Of a stretch of 64,000 bases of DNA, positions 26,032-41,595 are shown in pieces (position 1 is the first letter of the stretch; every line of letters begins with the position of its first letter). A program made the position numbers and the translations under genes. The notes under the pieces were generated by a model. That model saw only the letters and a program-made list of their open reading frames with translations, ran no database searches and had not been told where the DNA came from. Source of the DNA: Eledone cirrhosa (Eukaryota); assembly GCA_964016885.1 (NCBI GenBank), contig OZ024746.1, positions 53,754,001 through 53,818,000 on the forward strand. The letters run 5' to 3'.

Positions 26032-26146
26032 TACAGACACACACAAAATTACTTTATTCTACAAACTGTGCATGGTCATGTGGGACTAAACTGACAACCC
26101 CAGCAAGCTTGCTTATATATATATATATATATATATATATTACAAG

Positions 26147-26232
26147 GGGTCCGACGAGCCGCAGATTACAGAGTTGGGTAAAATCGATTCAGATCAAACT
26201 TTGAGCTGATCAGTGGCGAAACGCGCGTCACC
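26147..26232 (+). ncRNA. Hammerhead candidate with a mutated core (CCGACGA) in a TA-flanked pLTR-like island
   Basis: ggt-CCGACGA-gcc...ggc-GAAA-cgcgcg-TC-acc, followed by AATAAA. Confidence 0.6.
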
Positions 26233-26755
26233 AACCAATAAATGTAATGAAGGAGTAACCAATCGTCTTTGTTATCTTTTCACTATAATACACTCTGTCT
26301 AGCTCTACATCTCGACACTGAAGTGAACCTAAGCATCGAGTGCTCACCCGGGTGAACCTACAGTAACTCCAAGTTACACTCCCTGGATATATAAATATAT
26401 ATGTGTGTGTGTGTGAGTACACACACATACATATAAATACTCACTAAGGCAGAAGGCAGGAATGTCTACACAACCACATACAGCCACTCTCTCAACAAAA
26501 AAAGTACTTTCGTGAAAATATTGTACAATTGGATAAACAATGTATGCCTTTATTTGGACAAACAACTCCTCCTGATGACAATGCTTTTGACAATCAGTCT
26601 GGAAGTAACTGTTGAAACAACAAGAGTTCAGGCATAGTCGTCGGTATCCCGACATTTTATAATATAAACAAACTCTGTTACACCAAGTATCGAGTACTCT
26701 GGTGAGTAGTGGTCTAATCAGTTTCAAACTGAATCCATCCTGATTTACACACACA

Positions 26756-26851
<96 letters not shown>

Positions 26852-27421
26852 AGAGTGGAAGTTAGTAAAATCGAAGTTGCGGCGCTCGGCCAGTATCCAC
26901 AAAAGAAAACAATATTCGGAGCTATGCACGAATCACTCAATAAGAAGATATCGATAAATTGCTAAGTTGCATCTTAGAGTAATAAACATTCGTCAAATGG
27001 CGTAACAAATTGAAAACTGTGTTTATGGGGACAAAGCCACAGAAGACACCACAACGACGAAAATACAATCATATGTATATGAAAAATTCGGTACCCCTGA
27101 GTTCGGATCTAGCTGTTGAAACGGCCTGAGCTCTGACGTCAGGTTCCCGAATTTTTCATATTACCCACTCTACTACCTCAAGTATCAAGTACTCTGGTGA
27201 GTAATGGTCTAACATATATATAGGATATGAAAGAATTTTGTAAATTAACTTGCTTTTGTTATTATATCATTGTTAAACTATTATCTAATATATATGACTC
27301 TGTGTCAGAAGGATTAACACAGAGTAACACGGAACCAATCTGTGGATCTCACTGAAATAGTTGCTAACGGATTACATTGAGTTCTAACTGCGGTATAGAC
27401 CCTACTACAAAAGGCAAACCA

Positions 27422-27458
<37 letters not shown>

Positions 27459-27515
27459 TTGAAAAAAAATGAAAACGAAATTTCATTTCTCACTCTTAGT
27501 ATGGCACTTACTTAA

Positions 27516-27650
27516 TGGCGCCCGACAGACTGGTCGGTCAAGGTGATCAAGGGGATATATATATATATATATACATACATACTTATATATATATATATAT
27601 ATATATATATCCCCTTGATCACCTTGACCGACCAGTCTGTCGGGCGCCAT
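27516..27650. repeat. Perfect 40-bp GC-rich inverted repeat around a (TA)n core
   Basis: atggcgcccgacagactggtcggtcaaggtgatcaagggg-(TA)n-ccccttgatcaccttgaccgaccagtctgtcgggcgccat. Confidence 0.9.
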
Positions 27651-27723
27651 TCGGCGCCGCTGGTCACAGCACGTGCTGTTTTAGCCATACGATGACGCCA
27701 TCCCACTGGCTGGGCGGGCAGGC

Positions 27724-27781
<58 letters not shown>

Positions 27782-28074
27782 ATATTGATAAATTTGAAGA
27801 CTAAAATCCAAAGAGGGCTGAAAATCTGTTATTTTAATAAATATATATATATATATATATATAACGAAGGTATTATGGTAAGGAACCAGATGGACCATAA
27901 CGCACCAAAGTACTCAATACTTAGGGTAGTAGAATGGGTAATAGGAACAAGTATGACTCCAACGGCAGAGCTCAAGCCGTTTCGACGGGTATTTCTGGAC
28001 TAATGATTAGTCCAGATTAGTCCAGAAATAACCGTCGAAACGGCTTGAGCTCTACCGTCGGGGTGATACTTGTT

Positions 28075-28110
<36 letters not shown>

Positions 28111-28201
28111 CTAAGTATTGAGTACTTTGGTGCGTTATGGTCCATCTGGTTCCTTACCACATTTCCTTTGTTATATATATATATGAACACATATATATGT
28201 G

Positions 28202-28236
<35 letters not shown>

Positions 28237-28360
28237 ATAATAATAAAATTGAAGACTAAAACCCAAAGAGGGCTCGATAAGGAAAATATATATCAAATAT
28301 ATAAGAACCGTAGAGCAAATATTTATTAAAATATGTGTGTGTGTGTGTGTGTGTGCATGT

Positions 28361-28410
<50 letters not shown>

Positions 28411-28732
28411 CTCAACATCTGAGTGCACCTGACGGGAACAGACACATGAAAAGCATATACACGGTCAAATCTGTACGTCATCGACTGTACACTGGGGATT
28501 GCCAAGGTTGTGGTGGATTACACACACACGTGTGTGTGTGTGTATATATAGCACATCTCTCCCTTCTCTTTCTCTCTCTCCCTTTCTCCCTCTCTCTCTC
28601 GTTCTCTCTATTTCTCCCTCTCCATCTCCTCCCTCTTCTCTCTCTCTCTCCTCATTTCTTTCTCTCTCTTTCTCCCTCTCCCTCTCTTTCTCCTTCTTCC
28701 CCTCTTTCTCCCTCTCTTGCCTCATTTCTCTT

Positions 28733-28770
<38 letters not shown>

Positions 28771-28879
28771 TCTCTCTCTCTCTCTTTCTTTCTACCTCTC
28801 CCTCTCTTCTCTCATCACTCACCGAGAACTAACATGTAACCCCAGTCAACTGTTCTGCTAAAACATTACTGTAACCTAT

Positions 28880-29240
28880 GTACTGTATTCATATTGTACC
28901 CCACATACTGTACCCCACATAGTGTACCCGACATATTGTACCCCACATATTGTACCCCACATACTGTACCCCACATAGTGTACCCGACATATTGTACCCC
29001 ACATACTGTACCCCACATACTGTACCCCACATAGGTACCCGACATAGTGTACCCGACATATTGTACCCGATATATTATACCTTTCATATTGTACCCGACA
29101 TATTGCACCCCACATACTGTACCCTTCATATTGTACCCGACATATTGCACCCCACATACTGTACCCTTCATATTGTACCCGACATACTGCACCCTTCATA
29201 TTGTACCCCACATACTGTACCTCACATACTGTACCCGATA
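28880..29240. repeat. ~15-bp minisatellite (cata[t/c]tgtaccc[ca/ga])n
   Basis: Read directly. It explains the repetitive YVGY/YPTYCT ORFs. Confidence 0.93.
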
Positions 29241-29765
29241 AATTGACACAGATTTCCTCTCACACATACACACACCTACCCCTGACATATATAATATATA
29301 TACACCACCGCTGCCGCCACAACCGCCACCACCACCACCACCACCACCACCGCAAACGTCTCATTAATAATGAGAGGGGGGAGAGACATGTAATCGGTCT
29401 TATGAGAGAGAGAGGGGAGGGAAGGTGGTATTGAAGGAAGGGGCTACAAGGGTACCGGAAGTAGTGTGGAATGAGTGAGGACATGCAGGTTGAGAATTTA
29501 TTGATGGTAGGGGTGGGCAGGGTGTGATATACTTTTTTTTTCCGTCACTCTGCCATTCCTCCCCTCGCCCCCTTCTCTCCCTTCTCCCCCCTCCCCCCTC
29601 CCCTCCCCCTCCACACCCTTTCCAATAATCTATACACGTGGGCTCTTTCAGATAAACAAAACCAGGAGTGAGCTCTTAATTATGGAAGTTTACCAAAATT
29701 CTACCATCCCTTATTATTCTCACCAATATATACATATATAGCCATGTATACACACACACTCACAC

Positions 29766-29830
<65 letters not shown>

Positions 29831-29912
29831 TAGGCATGTATACACACACACACTCACACACACACTTATATATATATATATATACATATATAGCCATGTA
29901 TACACACACACT

Positions 29913-29963
<51 letters not shown>

Positions 29964-30073
29964 CCATGTATACACACACTCACACATATATATACATGTA
30001 TAGGCATGTATACACACACACTCACACACACTCATACATATATATATATAGGCATGTATACACACACTCACAC

Positions 30074-30126
<53 letters not shown>

Positions 30127-30130
30127 TATA

Positions 30131-30490
30131 ACCGGAAAAAATGAAACGAAATTTCATTTCTCACTCTTAGTACGGCTGTTACTTAAATGTAAGTATGTAT
30201 ACGTACATACATATATGTATACAGACGTACAGTAGTATGTATATATATATACATACATGCACACATATATATATGTACGTATGGATTCGCCGAACATTTA
30301 TTATAATGCTCGGTGTGTTTGTAAACAAACATCCCGAATTAAGCCGTACAGTCTCTAGCAACCATCGTTGCTCATTTGTTCAACACTGACAAAGGAACGC
30401 TGTACTAGTTTCAAGCTTATTAGCTATCGTCAGCAACGTATACCTTCCTGCCAGATGATTGAACGTCTGAAAGTATATACTTTCCTTATG
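30131..30490 (-). mobile_element. Copy of the 435-bp hammerhead family
   Basis: Reverse complement of 19570-19935, with an intact hammerhead at ~30398-30438. Confidence 0.85.
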
Positions 30491-30605
30491 CAACGTGAAA
30501 TAAAGTGTCTTGCTCAAGGACACAATGCATCACCCGGTCCGAGAATCGAACTCACAACCTCTCAATTGTAGGCCCAATGCTTTAACCACTAAGCCATGCG
30601 CCTTG
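30490..30605 (-). mobile_element. tRNA-derived SINE head (family of 59075)
   Basis: The minus strand has an A-box-like tggcttagtgg, a B-box gagttcgattc and gtccttgagcaagacactttatttcacgttg. Confidence 0.75.
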
Positions 30606-31219
30606 TGGGATGCTCAGTCACTTACACAATCATATAAGGTGGCCAGTATCTGTCACATATTCTGTCCCGTTGTATCTTTGTCAAGAGTGCACTTGTTTGT
30701 AGAATGCTCAGACACTTACACTATGTTATAAGGTGTTCAGTATCTGTCACATATTCTATCCCGCTAAATCTGAGAATTATATGTTCAGGGTATATATGTT
30801 TGTAAAGTGCTCAGCTACTTGCACCACCATTCTGCGACCTGGGTGTCCCGTTGATCAAACAACTAGAAGCCGAAACCTTATGACTACCAAGGAAACTATA
30901 TAACCATTCGGTCCCAGGATCAAACATCATCATCATCATCATCACCACCATCATCATCATCGTCGTCATATTCGTCGTCATCGTCATCATCCTCATCATC
31001 GACAGTAACTATTACCTGAAGGTGTACACATGGCCACTGAACGCCCAGCCAAGTGGCTGGGCATTCAGTGGCTGGGCATTCATGAGCCCTTCTCCTTCTC
31101 CTCTTCCTCATCATCATCGTCATCATCATCATCATCATCATCGTCATCATCATCATCATCATCATCATCCTCAGCCTCAGCCTCATCATCACCACCATCT
31201 CGGACCCGAGACCTTATGG

Positions 31220-31425
31220 TAGGAATGTTAAACTGAGGGATCCCCGAGGGCCACATGGGTCACATATGTGTTGTCAGAGGGTCACTCATGAAAACTAATT
31301 GCGCACATTACAACAAATATATTTTATTTTATATTACGCTCACGTTGTAAAAACGTTTGTGCGGGCCGTAGTTGTGCTTGTAAACGGCCACATGCGGCCC
31401 GCGGGTAGCATGTTTAACATGCCTG
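31220..31425. mobile_element. hAT-type MITE with an 8-bp target site duplication
   Basis: TIRs taggaatgttaaac / gtttaacatgcctg with subterminal ggccacatg/gcggcccgcggg. CCTTATGG is duplicated at 31212-31219 and 31426-31433. Confidence 0.85.
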
Positions 31426-32112
31426 CCTTATGGTTACTAAGCGAACTTCTTAACTATTTGGCTAAGCTGCGTCGGCATCAGCGCTGTCCCGAGACCAAAC
31501 ATTACCATCATTATCATCATCATCATCAGCAATAACACCAGCACTATCAATATCTACAGCAGAAATGGTCTAAATATGTTTGGCAAATTCCTTGAGTCTG
31601 CAACTCAATGTCGACCTCGAAAATATTCTGTAATGTTTGGGTCTTGTTGTAGAAATGTTTGAACATATCACTGTTTGTTTATATGTTATGGTTGATCACT
31701 GTGGTAAACCTGACTTTAACTGATCGTTCATATATACACACATGTATATATGTTTATACACACTTCCTTCTTACAAATGTTACATCCACATACACATATA
31801 CATGCATATGTATATGCACACATACATATGTATATGCACACACATAAATACACTCTCTCTTATGCTTTCTCACACATTCATACACTGTCTCACTCTTTCT
31901 TTCCATCTGTCTATCTTTTTGCCAATCTATCTGTTTATTATACAAACCTATAGTGTATAGATGCGCAGTGGTATATTTACATACATATACACATATATAA
32001 CAACATTCCCGCACAGACATATATTCTCGTATATCCATATATACAATTATATGTACCTCTGTTTATACATTATACACATACATACAAGATGTTTGTGTGT
32101 GTATATATATAA

Positions 32113-32144
<32 letters not shown>

Positions 32145-33249
32145 CGTGTGTATTGTGTGTATCTATATATGTAGACGTTTATATGTGTGTTGAAGACACG
32201 ACTGCGTTCTGTTTTTGTCAAGCTTGTATTTGTCAAGCTTGTGTTTGTCTGAATTTCTAGCAGTTTGTTTGGAACAGTAACATTCTGAAGTACCTAAATC
32301 AATTGTCAACGTTTCTTATGTTTCACTGTTTCACCATTATAAACCTAAATAGATGTGTACCAGCATCAATCTATGCCGACCTAAATCAAAGGTAACATAC
32401 AAAGAAAAGGAAAAAAATATTTTATAAAAATCATTATAGTCTATACTTTGACAAAAGTCTATTCCATAGCTATATTCTGATATATATTCAATATATATTT
32501 AAGTAGGGCGAGGCCTTACTTAGCACACCCAAAGAAAATGAAATGTATTTAATAGCGATTATAGTATTCTAATTTTAAAAAAAAAATCGTTTTACATAGC
32601 TATATATCAATATTTACTTAATACATATTTTAATATATATTTTGATATATTTTGATAGTGTATAAGTTATATTTTCTAAAGAATAGGGCGGCTGTGAAAT
32701 TTTCGGTGATGGTAACTCTTTCAGGCAGAATGTTTAAATTTGACGTACGTCGATACTCATCTTTTTCCATTTGTTTGAGGTTTCTAAACCCCACTATCAG
32801 GCTAAAATTTCTTTAGTCAAATCACACGGCGAAAGCTTCTATTTCTAATTTATATATTTTAATGTATATTTAAAATGTAACGGGACCTCCTGTAATATGA
32901 GTTTCGGAATTGTAACCCACTTGTGTAATTATGTACATTTTAAAGCTCATGTGCAAATCCAGTACTGATAATTTTTCATTTTTCCTTTTAACAGCTGAAA
33001 AAAAGTGTACAAAATACATATAAGTTATGGAGAGCCACCCCGCATCTTCGTGGTAATTAAAGTACCATTGCGTATTTATCAATGATAAAAAAATAGGTTT
33101 GATTATTCTTCCGCATATCGTTAGGATAAGAGAAAGTATGTATGTATCTAAACACACAGACACAGACACATAGACACACAGACACACACACACACACGCA
33201 CACGCACAGACACATATACGCGTGCACGCACACACACACGCATAGATAA

Positions 33250-34150
33250 ACAGGGCTGATCAGTACTTTGAGGATACGTCATTTGATAGCTTTAACTTTT
33301 TTCTAACTTGATCTGATTATCATTTCTTTTCAGATAAATGATAACACACATCAGGCTAACTCTGCAAGTAAAAAGTCACGTTGTAATCGTTGACTTACAG
33401 GCAGAGGATAAGGATTTAGAGATTGTACGCTTCCTGAAAATTGCCCTGTCATTTGTTGTCAAAGTTCCCAAAGAGCTGGAAGCCGCTACCGGGGATTCTA
33501 CAGCAGTAGCTAAACTTAGAAAGCCAGCTAAGGGTCCTAATACCATTGGAATAACAAATTTGTACGAAATTTGGATACAGTTATCGTTAGAACACCCAGT
33601 CAATTAGCTCAATTGTTAAGAAGATCAAGGTTTCAAAGCACACTATTGGAAGAATTATGCATGAGGACCCTTTATATGTCATATGAGATGCGGAGAGACG
33701 AATTCTTGTATGCAATGGTAAAAGGTAACGTTCTGCTCCGTGAAAAGCGCTTGTTGATGAAGTTGAAATATTTAGGTTTTTCTCTGATGAAAGACTGAAT
33801 AGTCAACAAAAGGAATGATAGTTGGTTTCGCACAGACATAAAAGAACTTCCAACGGTCATGCACACAAACTTTCCAGCAACTGAGATGGTTCTGGGAGTC
33901 GTGAGCAACGTGGGAAATGTCATGTCTACTCACTTCTTTCTCGGGACTTTAAAGTCAATGTTGCCGAATATAAAGAAGTGTTGTAGAGGGTTGTGAGGTT
34001 TTAGGAAGAGAGATTGAGCAAAAAAAAACACCTTCCAGCAGTATACTGCGTCATCTCTGATTCGGGAATCAACGTTTCAGATCTCTTATTGAAACAGTTA
34101 TTGAGAGTAACGGCAGATTCGTGAAATAGTTGCGTCATGAGGAGTCTCAA
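33250..34150 (+). pseudogene. Decayed Tc1/mariner-superfamily transposase (maT/DD37D-like)
   Basis: An HTH-like N-terminus (EIVRFLKIALSFVVKV.KEL) and the later TNFPATEMVLGVVSNVGNVMSTHFF..KVN..Y.EVL..VV...FQQ motif, with many stops and frameshifts. Confidence 0.75.
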
Positions 34151-34288
34151 GACTTATGCGGCTTTTACTAAAGTCATGCATATGAACTCAAAGATATGAT
34201 TAAGCACGCGCACGCGCGTGTGTGTGTGTATATATATATACATATATATCATATCATATATATCATATCTGTGTATGTGTGCCCGAGG

Positions 34289-34325
<37 letters not shown>

Positions 34326-34326
<1 letters not shown>

Positions 34327-35147
34327 TGTTATAATTGGGGAGGGTCATATTTGTGTAATATTGCCAGAATTAATAATAGAACGCACTCACTGTTTGGTTG
34401 GTTTTCGTTTTTCGCTTCTGTGTCTTTTATATCGGTAACTTAATTTATTCGGTCCTATACGAACATGCCAGACAACAACACGACGGTAACATAGACAACA
34501 TAGAAATTAGAATAATATCTAAACATGGAAATGACCCAGCAGATAGGCAAATCAGATAGGCGAGTGAAATAGAACTTAGAAGGCCAAGGCTAAACAGAAA
34601 AAAATGAATGCAATAAGACAACACCCAAACAAACAACACTGACCTAAGAGAAGTATAAATAAATAAATAAATAGATAAATAAATAAATACATACACAAGC
34701 ACAATATCAACAAACACATATAAACACACACTAGTAAAGATAGAATACATTAACCGATACACAGTCACCCAATCACGAACACACATCAAACAAAACACTA
34801 TACACACACGCAAACGCATGCGAAAAGAAGACAAAAAAAAACAACTGACGATGTTGCAGATGTGCAACGAAATAACTTTGATAAACTATATATATGTGTT
34901 TGTGTCTATATTGTATCTGTATTATTGTTGACCGTTGGTCTGTCAATGGCAACATTGAGGACCGAATAAATTAGATTACCGATATAAAAGACACAGAAGC
35001 GAAAAGCGATAACCAACCAAACAGTGAGTGTGTTCTGTTATTAATTCTGGCAATATTACACAAATATGACCCTCCCCAAGTATAACAATATTTGTTTCGA
35101 CACACGATTTCATATAAAAAACCTCGCAAAACTAATTCATCGCCGTT
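34326..35147 (+). mobile_element. Penelope-like family A, short 3' copy with inverted pLTR tip
   Basis: 34456-35147 matches 14542-15323. 34326-34455 is the reverse complement of ~34957-35090. Flanked by TA. Confidence 0.9.
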
Positions 35148-35208
35148 ATATATAAAGTACCAGTAATGCACTGGATAATTGCTGGCCTTGTGCCTAAAGT
35201 AGAAACAG

Positions 35209-35259
<51 letters not shown>

Positions 35260-35264
<5 letters not shown>

Positions 35265-35530
35265 AAATAATAGAGAGGAAAAAGATATTTTCAGTAGAAA
35301 ATGCTGAAGAGATTCTTTCAGTATGATATCAAAACATTTATTTATGAAGTGGATATTTCCGTATTTATTAATGGGACAATAGTGTTTCTGGGTATTACCC
35401 TTCATCAGTGCAGTTCACTGGTCAGTGAACTGCACTGATGAAGGGTAATAAATGTTTTGATATTATACTGAAAGAATCTCTTCAGCATTTTCTACTGAAA
35501 AAATATTTTTCCTCTCTACTATTTGTTTTT
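35260..35530. mobile_element. Fold-back mini-element with a decayed hammerhead core
   Basis: The inverted arms are centred on ~35421. The minus strand reads tgca-CTGATGA-agggtaataccc-a-GAAA. Confidence 0.65.
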
Positions 35531-35583
35531 ATATATATATCAACTCGTGTGTTACATTTCTACATTCCATATATATATATACA

Positions 35584-35655
<72 letters not shown>

Positions 35656-35914
35656 CTGTTTCTACTTTAGAAATATATAACTGTTTCTACTCTAAAAAAA
35701 TCAAGTATCAACACATATATTTTTATTGTTTGACCCGAATTACTTGGTCGTTTTGTTTTGGCTGTGCGGATGATATGTTTAACCATCATCTCAGTGTGTT
35801 TGGCCCTTAACGTATGTTGTAGCTCTGATTCATATGATTCATCGAGCGCTTGCCACACATATCGGACGTTGATTTTCGTTAATTCCTGAGCTGAAAACGA
35901 TTCTCGCTAATTTA

Positions 35915-35957
<43 letters not shown>

Positions 35958-35979
35958 TATATATATATATATATATACA

Positions 35980-36062
<83 letters not shown>

Positions 36063-36077
36063 ATATATATATACACA

Positions 36078-36153
<76 letters not shown>

Positions 36154-36287
36154 ACAGTATATATATACAGTATATATATATATATATATATATATCAAGG
36201 GCGGTGCCCCAGCATGGCCTCAGCCGGATGGCTGAAACAGGTAAAAGAGTAAAAGAGTAGAATATATATATACAGTATATATATACA

Positions 36288-36349
<62 letters not shown>

Positions 36350-36706
36350 TATATAGAATCAGTGTATGGAATATATAATTTACGGAAGGTAAGGTAGACA
36401 CATAATAATTAAAAATATAAATCAAAACGTGTATAGGCACCTCTATAACTATATATCACACGAGTACAAATCCAAAATGATTCGTTTCGCCACTATATTA
36501 GTGACTTAAATGTAAATACCAATGGGTCATCAGCGTTTTCTTAGTATATACATTCAAGACAACTGTAAAATACTTAAGATAACCGACCCACACCACGCAG
36601 TAGAGAGAAGTGATAGCGTGTGAAAGACAGTGAACGAGTGGCCATTGAGGCACGAGCTGCTAGAAATGGCAGCCCGAAACCACTCAAAGAATATATATAT
36701 ATATGT

Positions 36707-36756
<50 letters not shown>

Positions 36757-37420
36757 TGTGTGTGTGTCAGAGAAACATAAATTACGTAAAGTAACCAACA
36801 TAACGAAAAGAAGATTCATAATAAATAAGCTAAAAAAATCAACTACAATGCCAATAGCAGCATTAACTAGAGCATGTACAGCTACATCAACACCACCACC
36901 ACCACCACCACCACCACCAACAACAACAACGATTACTATTACAACTCACTACTACGACTAGTACAATAACAACTACAACAACAACAGCTATTCTTGCATT
37001 CCATTTCCTCCATCCAGCACACATGAAAAATCCAACAAACAAACAATGAAAGAAAAAAAAATACATTGGTTGACCCTAGAGAAATATGTTAGAATTTGTC
37101 GACCACCATAAAAGATGAATTAAATAAATAAAATATTAAAATAAAAACGAGAAGAAATATAAATGATATTCCTTGATTTGGAAAATTTGAATTTCTAATG
37201 AGGAACCATTTTTATCTGGAATTCTTCACCTCATGGAATTAGTGTTTCGCTAAGAAATGGAATATAATTTAAGTAGCTTTAAATAGATTCGTTTGGATCG
37301 TCTTCCTAATAAATACACACGTACACATAAACATGTACACATATACATAAAATATAAAAGCACACACACACACACACATGCACGCACAAATACAGTCCTC
37401 CCCACACACAGGTAAGTCAA

Positions 37421-37455
<35 letters not shown>

Positions 37456-37869
37456 CATTGTATTACTGTGTAGCGTTTAGTTACAATTGGTTCAAAAGAG
37501 AATCCCGTGATGATCTATCGAATCGAGTGTTGGCGCGATCACTACCGGTAGTACCTTGAGCCGATCGACCGAGAAACGAGCGACATATTGATGGTATATT
37601 GATATTTCGTTCCTGGTCATTATTAATAATGATAATAGTAATAATAATAATAATAATTGTTTCTACTTTTGGCACAAGGCCAGCAATTATACGTACATTA
37701 CTGGTACTTTATTTTATCGACCCCGTAAGGATGAAAGTTAACTTCGGCGGGATTTGAACTCAGATCATAAAGGGACGTAACTCTATGCTTCCAACATAGT
37801 GTCCAACTCTCTATAATAATAATATATCTATATCTATGATTATATATACTGTATATGTATGTATGTATG

Positions 37870-37946
<77 letters not shown>

Positions 37947-37953
<7 letters not shown>

Positions 37954-38606
37954 CAAATAACGAAACGAAATTAAATTTCGTTTCGTTTGTAACTCACTTT
38001 TGTATGACTGACGCTTAAACAATTAAGTTAAAAATGTACATCTACATATGCATACTGAAATACTAGTGTGTATATGAATACACACACGTATACATATGTA
38101 GGTGTACCAAGTCTTTCACTGGTCGCTTTACAGTGAGCGGCCCAGCTATTCTGTATGTAAACACACAGACAAACCGGTTTTTAGAGTCATACTGGTTTTT
38201 GGGGAACACCTTCCCCCTATTTTCCAGAAAGCCAGACAAGGAATATTGAACTAGTTTCGTTGTTGTTACAACTCATCAGCAATATTTACCTATCTACCGG
38301 CCTTTCTGGAGAATTGTAAAAGCACATATCGTTATATGCTTTTTCTAAGAAAATTAGTAGTGGGCAGACTAATTTGCATAGAGTGTGAGTACGCACCGGT
38401 TCAGCGGAGACGATAAAAACAAATAACGAAACGAAATTAAATTTGACTCTAAAAACCGGTTTGTCTGTGTGTTTACATACAGAATAGCTGGGCCGCTCAC
38501 TGTAAAGCGACCAGTGAAAGACTTGGTACACCTACATATGTATACGTGTGTGTATTCATATACACACTAGTATTTCAGTATGCATATGTAGATGTACATT
38601 TTTAAC

Positions 38607-38612
<6 letters not shown>
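37947..38612. mobile_element. 466-bp hammerhead retrozyme-like monomer (minus strand) plus an inverted partial copy
   Basis: aaacaaataacgaaacgaaattaaattt occurs at 37951 and 38417. 38446-38612 is the reverse complement of ~38023-38188. The hammerhead at 38242-38286 (-) reads aatattg-CTGATGA-gttg(taacaa)caac-GAAA-ctag-TT-caatatt. Confidence 0.85.
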
Positions 38613-38702
<90 letters not shown>

Positions 38703-38811
38703 AAGAAAGTGTGGTAAGGAACCAGGTGGACCATAACGATACTTAGGTTAGTAGTACTCGATACTTAGGGTAACAGAATGGGTAATAGGAAAAGAGAGTT
38801 ACCACCCCGGC

Positions 38812-39854
38812 TAATTCTGGTTTTTCATGAAATCAACAAATACAGCCTAGAATATTTTTACCGAATCCCCTCCCCCACACCACTTGATTATTCCAACCGC
38901 CCCCCCCCCCCACGCTTATTCCGCACCACCTATTATTTGAGACCCACAGTATTTGTCACTGTTAGATTTGGACATCAGAATGAAAAAATAGAGAAGCATT
39001 TAAAACAGGTTATCTAATGCCAAAACTTCCATTGTGGGGAATACAAGCCAGAGAAAATAATTGTTTCTAGTTTTGGAACAAGGCCAACAATTACCTCAGT
39101 GGTACTTTATTTTATCGACCCGCGTAAGGATGTAAGGCATAGTTAACCTCCGGAGAATTTGAACTCAGAACGCAAAGGGCAATAACTCTATGTTGCAAAA
39201 CGTGGCGTCTGACACTCTACAGATACTGCCACTACCCCCACTCCCCATAAGAGGAAACAATATTAGATAATTGTTTCTACTTTTGGCACAAGGCCAGCAT
39301 TTATCCCAGTACATTACTGGTACTTTATTTTATTGACCCCCGTAAGGATGAAAGGCAAAGTCAAACTCGGCAGGATTTGAACTCAGATCGTAAAGGGACG
39401 TAGCTATTAGAAAATAATTGTTTCTAAATGTTGGCACAAGGCCAGCAATTACCCAGTACATGACTGGTACTTTATTTTATCGACCCCGTAAGGATGAAAG
39501 GCAAAGTTAACCTCGGCGGGATTAAACTCAGAATGGAAAGGGCCGTAACTCTATGCGTCAAAGCATGGCGTCCGACCCTCTACCGATACTGCCAATCCAC
39601 TAGAAAATAATATTAGAAAGTTTCGCTTGGATGTTTTGACGTTAGATAAACTATGTTTTAAATGCTTTTCTGATTTTTTTCATTGAGATGTCAAAATTTA
39701 ACAGAGACAAATATTCTCGGTCTAAAATTAAAGGTGGTGTGGAATAAGCAGGGGGGTTGGAATAAACAAGGGGTTTGGAATAAGTGGTGTGGTGGTGGGG
39801 GGATTCGATAAATATTCTTGGTTGTATTTGTTGATTTCTTTAAAAACCAGAATT
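38812..39854. repeat. Diverged ~200-bp inverted repeats (38812-39007 / 39654-39854) enclosing three SINE copies
   Basis: Reverse-complement similarity read by eye. SINE fragments lie at 39058-39232, 39270-39405 and 39416-39600. Confidence 0.65.
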
Positions 39855-40271
39855 TGTCGATTTGTTTACATATTAAGACCTCGACCCATCCTGTTTATTT
39901 TATAACTCATGAACTCATGATATATATATATATAGTTTATCTCGGGTTCAATCGGGGGGTAACCACAGTAAGTAAGCTACTCAATACATAGCAGAGTATA
40001 AATATAGAAATGGTTTCTACAGGACTAGAACTGTTTCATTCGGGAGAAATCCTCATATATATATATATATATATAGTCAGGACTCCGAGCCCGATGGCTG
40101 AGCTCCGGCCGTTTCGACAGCTAGAACCGAACTGTTCGGATCTAGTTCTCGAAACGGCCGGAGCTCAGCCGTCGGGGTCCTGACTCTTTTCCTATTACCC
40201 ACTCTGCTACCCTAAGTATTGAGTACTCTGGTGAGTTATGGTCCACCTGGTATCTTATCACACCCTCTTTG

Positions 40272-41069
<798 letters not shown>

Positions 41070-41232
41070 CACAAGCACACACATTCTCTCTCTCTCTCTC
41101 AAACACACACACTCATATATAGGAACGTGGGATTTAGAAAGTTTTGAAAACATGAACTACTGCTATAAGAAAAAAATATGGGTATTATTCTATTTTCAAT
41201 ATATAACTCACACACATAGGCGCGCGAGTGTG

Positions 41233-41302
<70 letters not shown>

Positions 41303-41411
41303 ATATGTATATTGAAATTGGAATGATGCAGTTCATAAGCCCTGTTATTAGAATACTTTCAGTAGTCAAAGTCTATATTTCCTTTTTCAAAAATTTCTTA
41401 ATCACACGTTC

Positions 41412-41518
<107 letters not shown>

Positions 41519-41563
41519 CACACATATGAATGCAGCTGTACATATGTGTATGTGTAACTAATC

Positions 41564-41595
<32 letters not shown>

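Noticed and set aside
28880-29240. CRISPR-like array or repetitive protein
   Set aside because: It is a contiguous ~15-bp minisatellite with no unique spacers, in a eukaryotic context.
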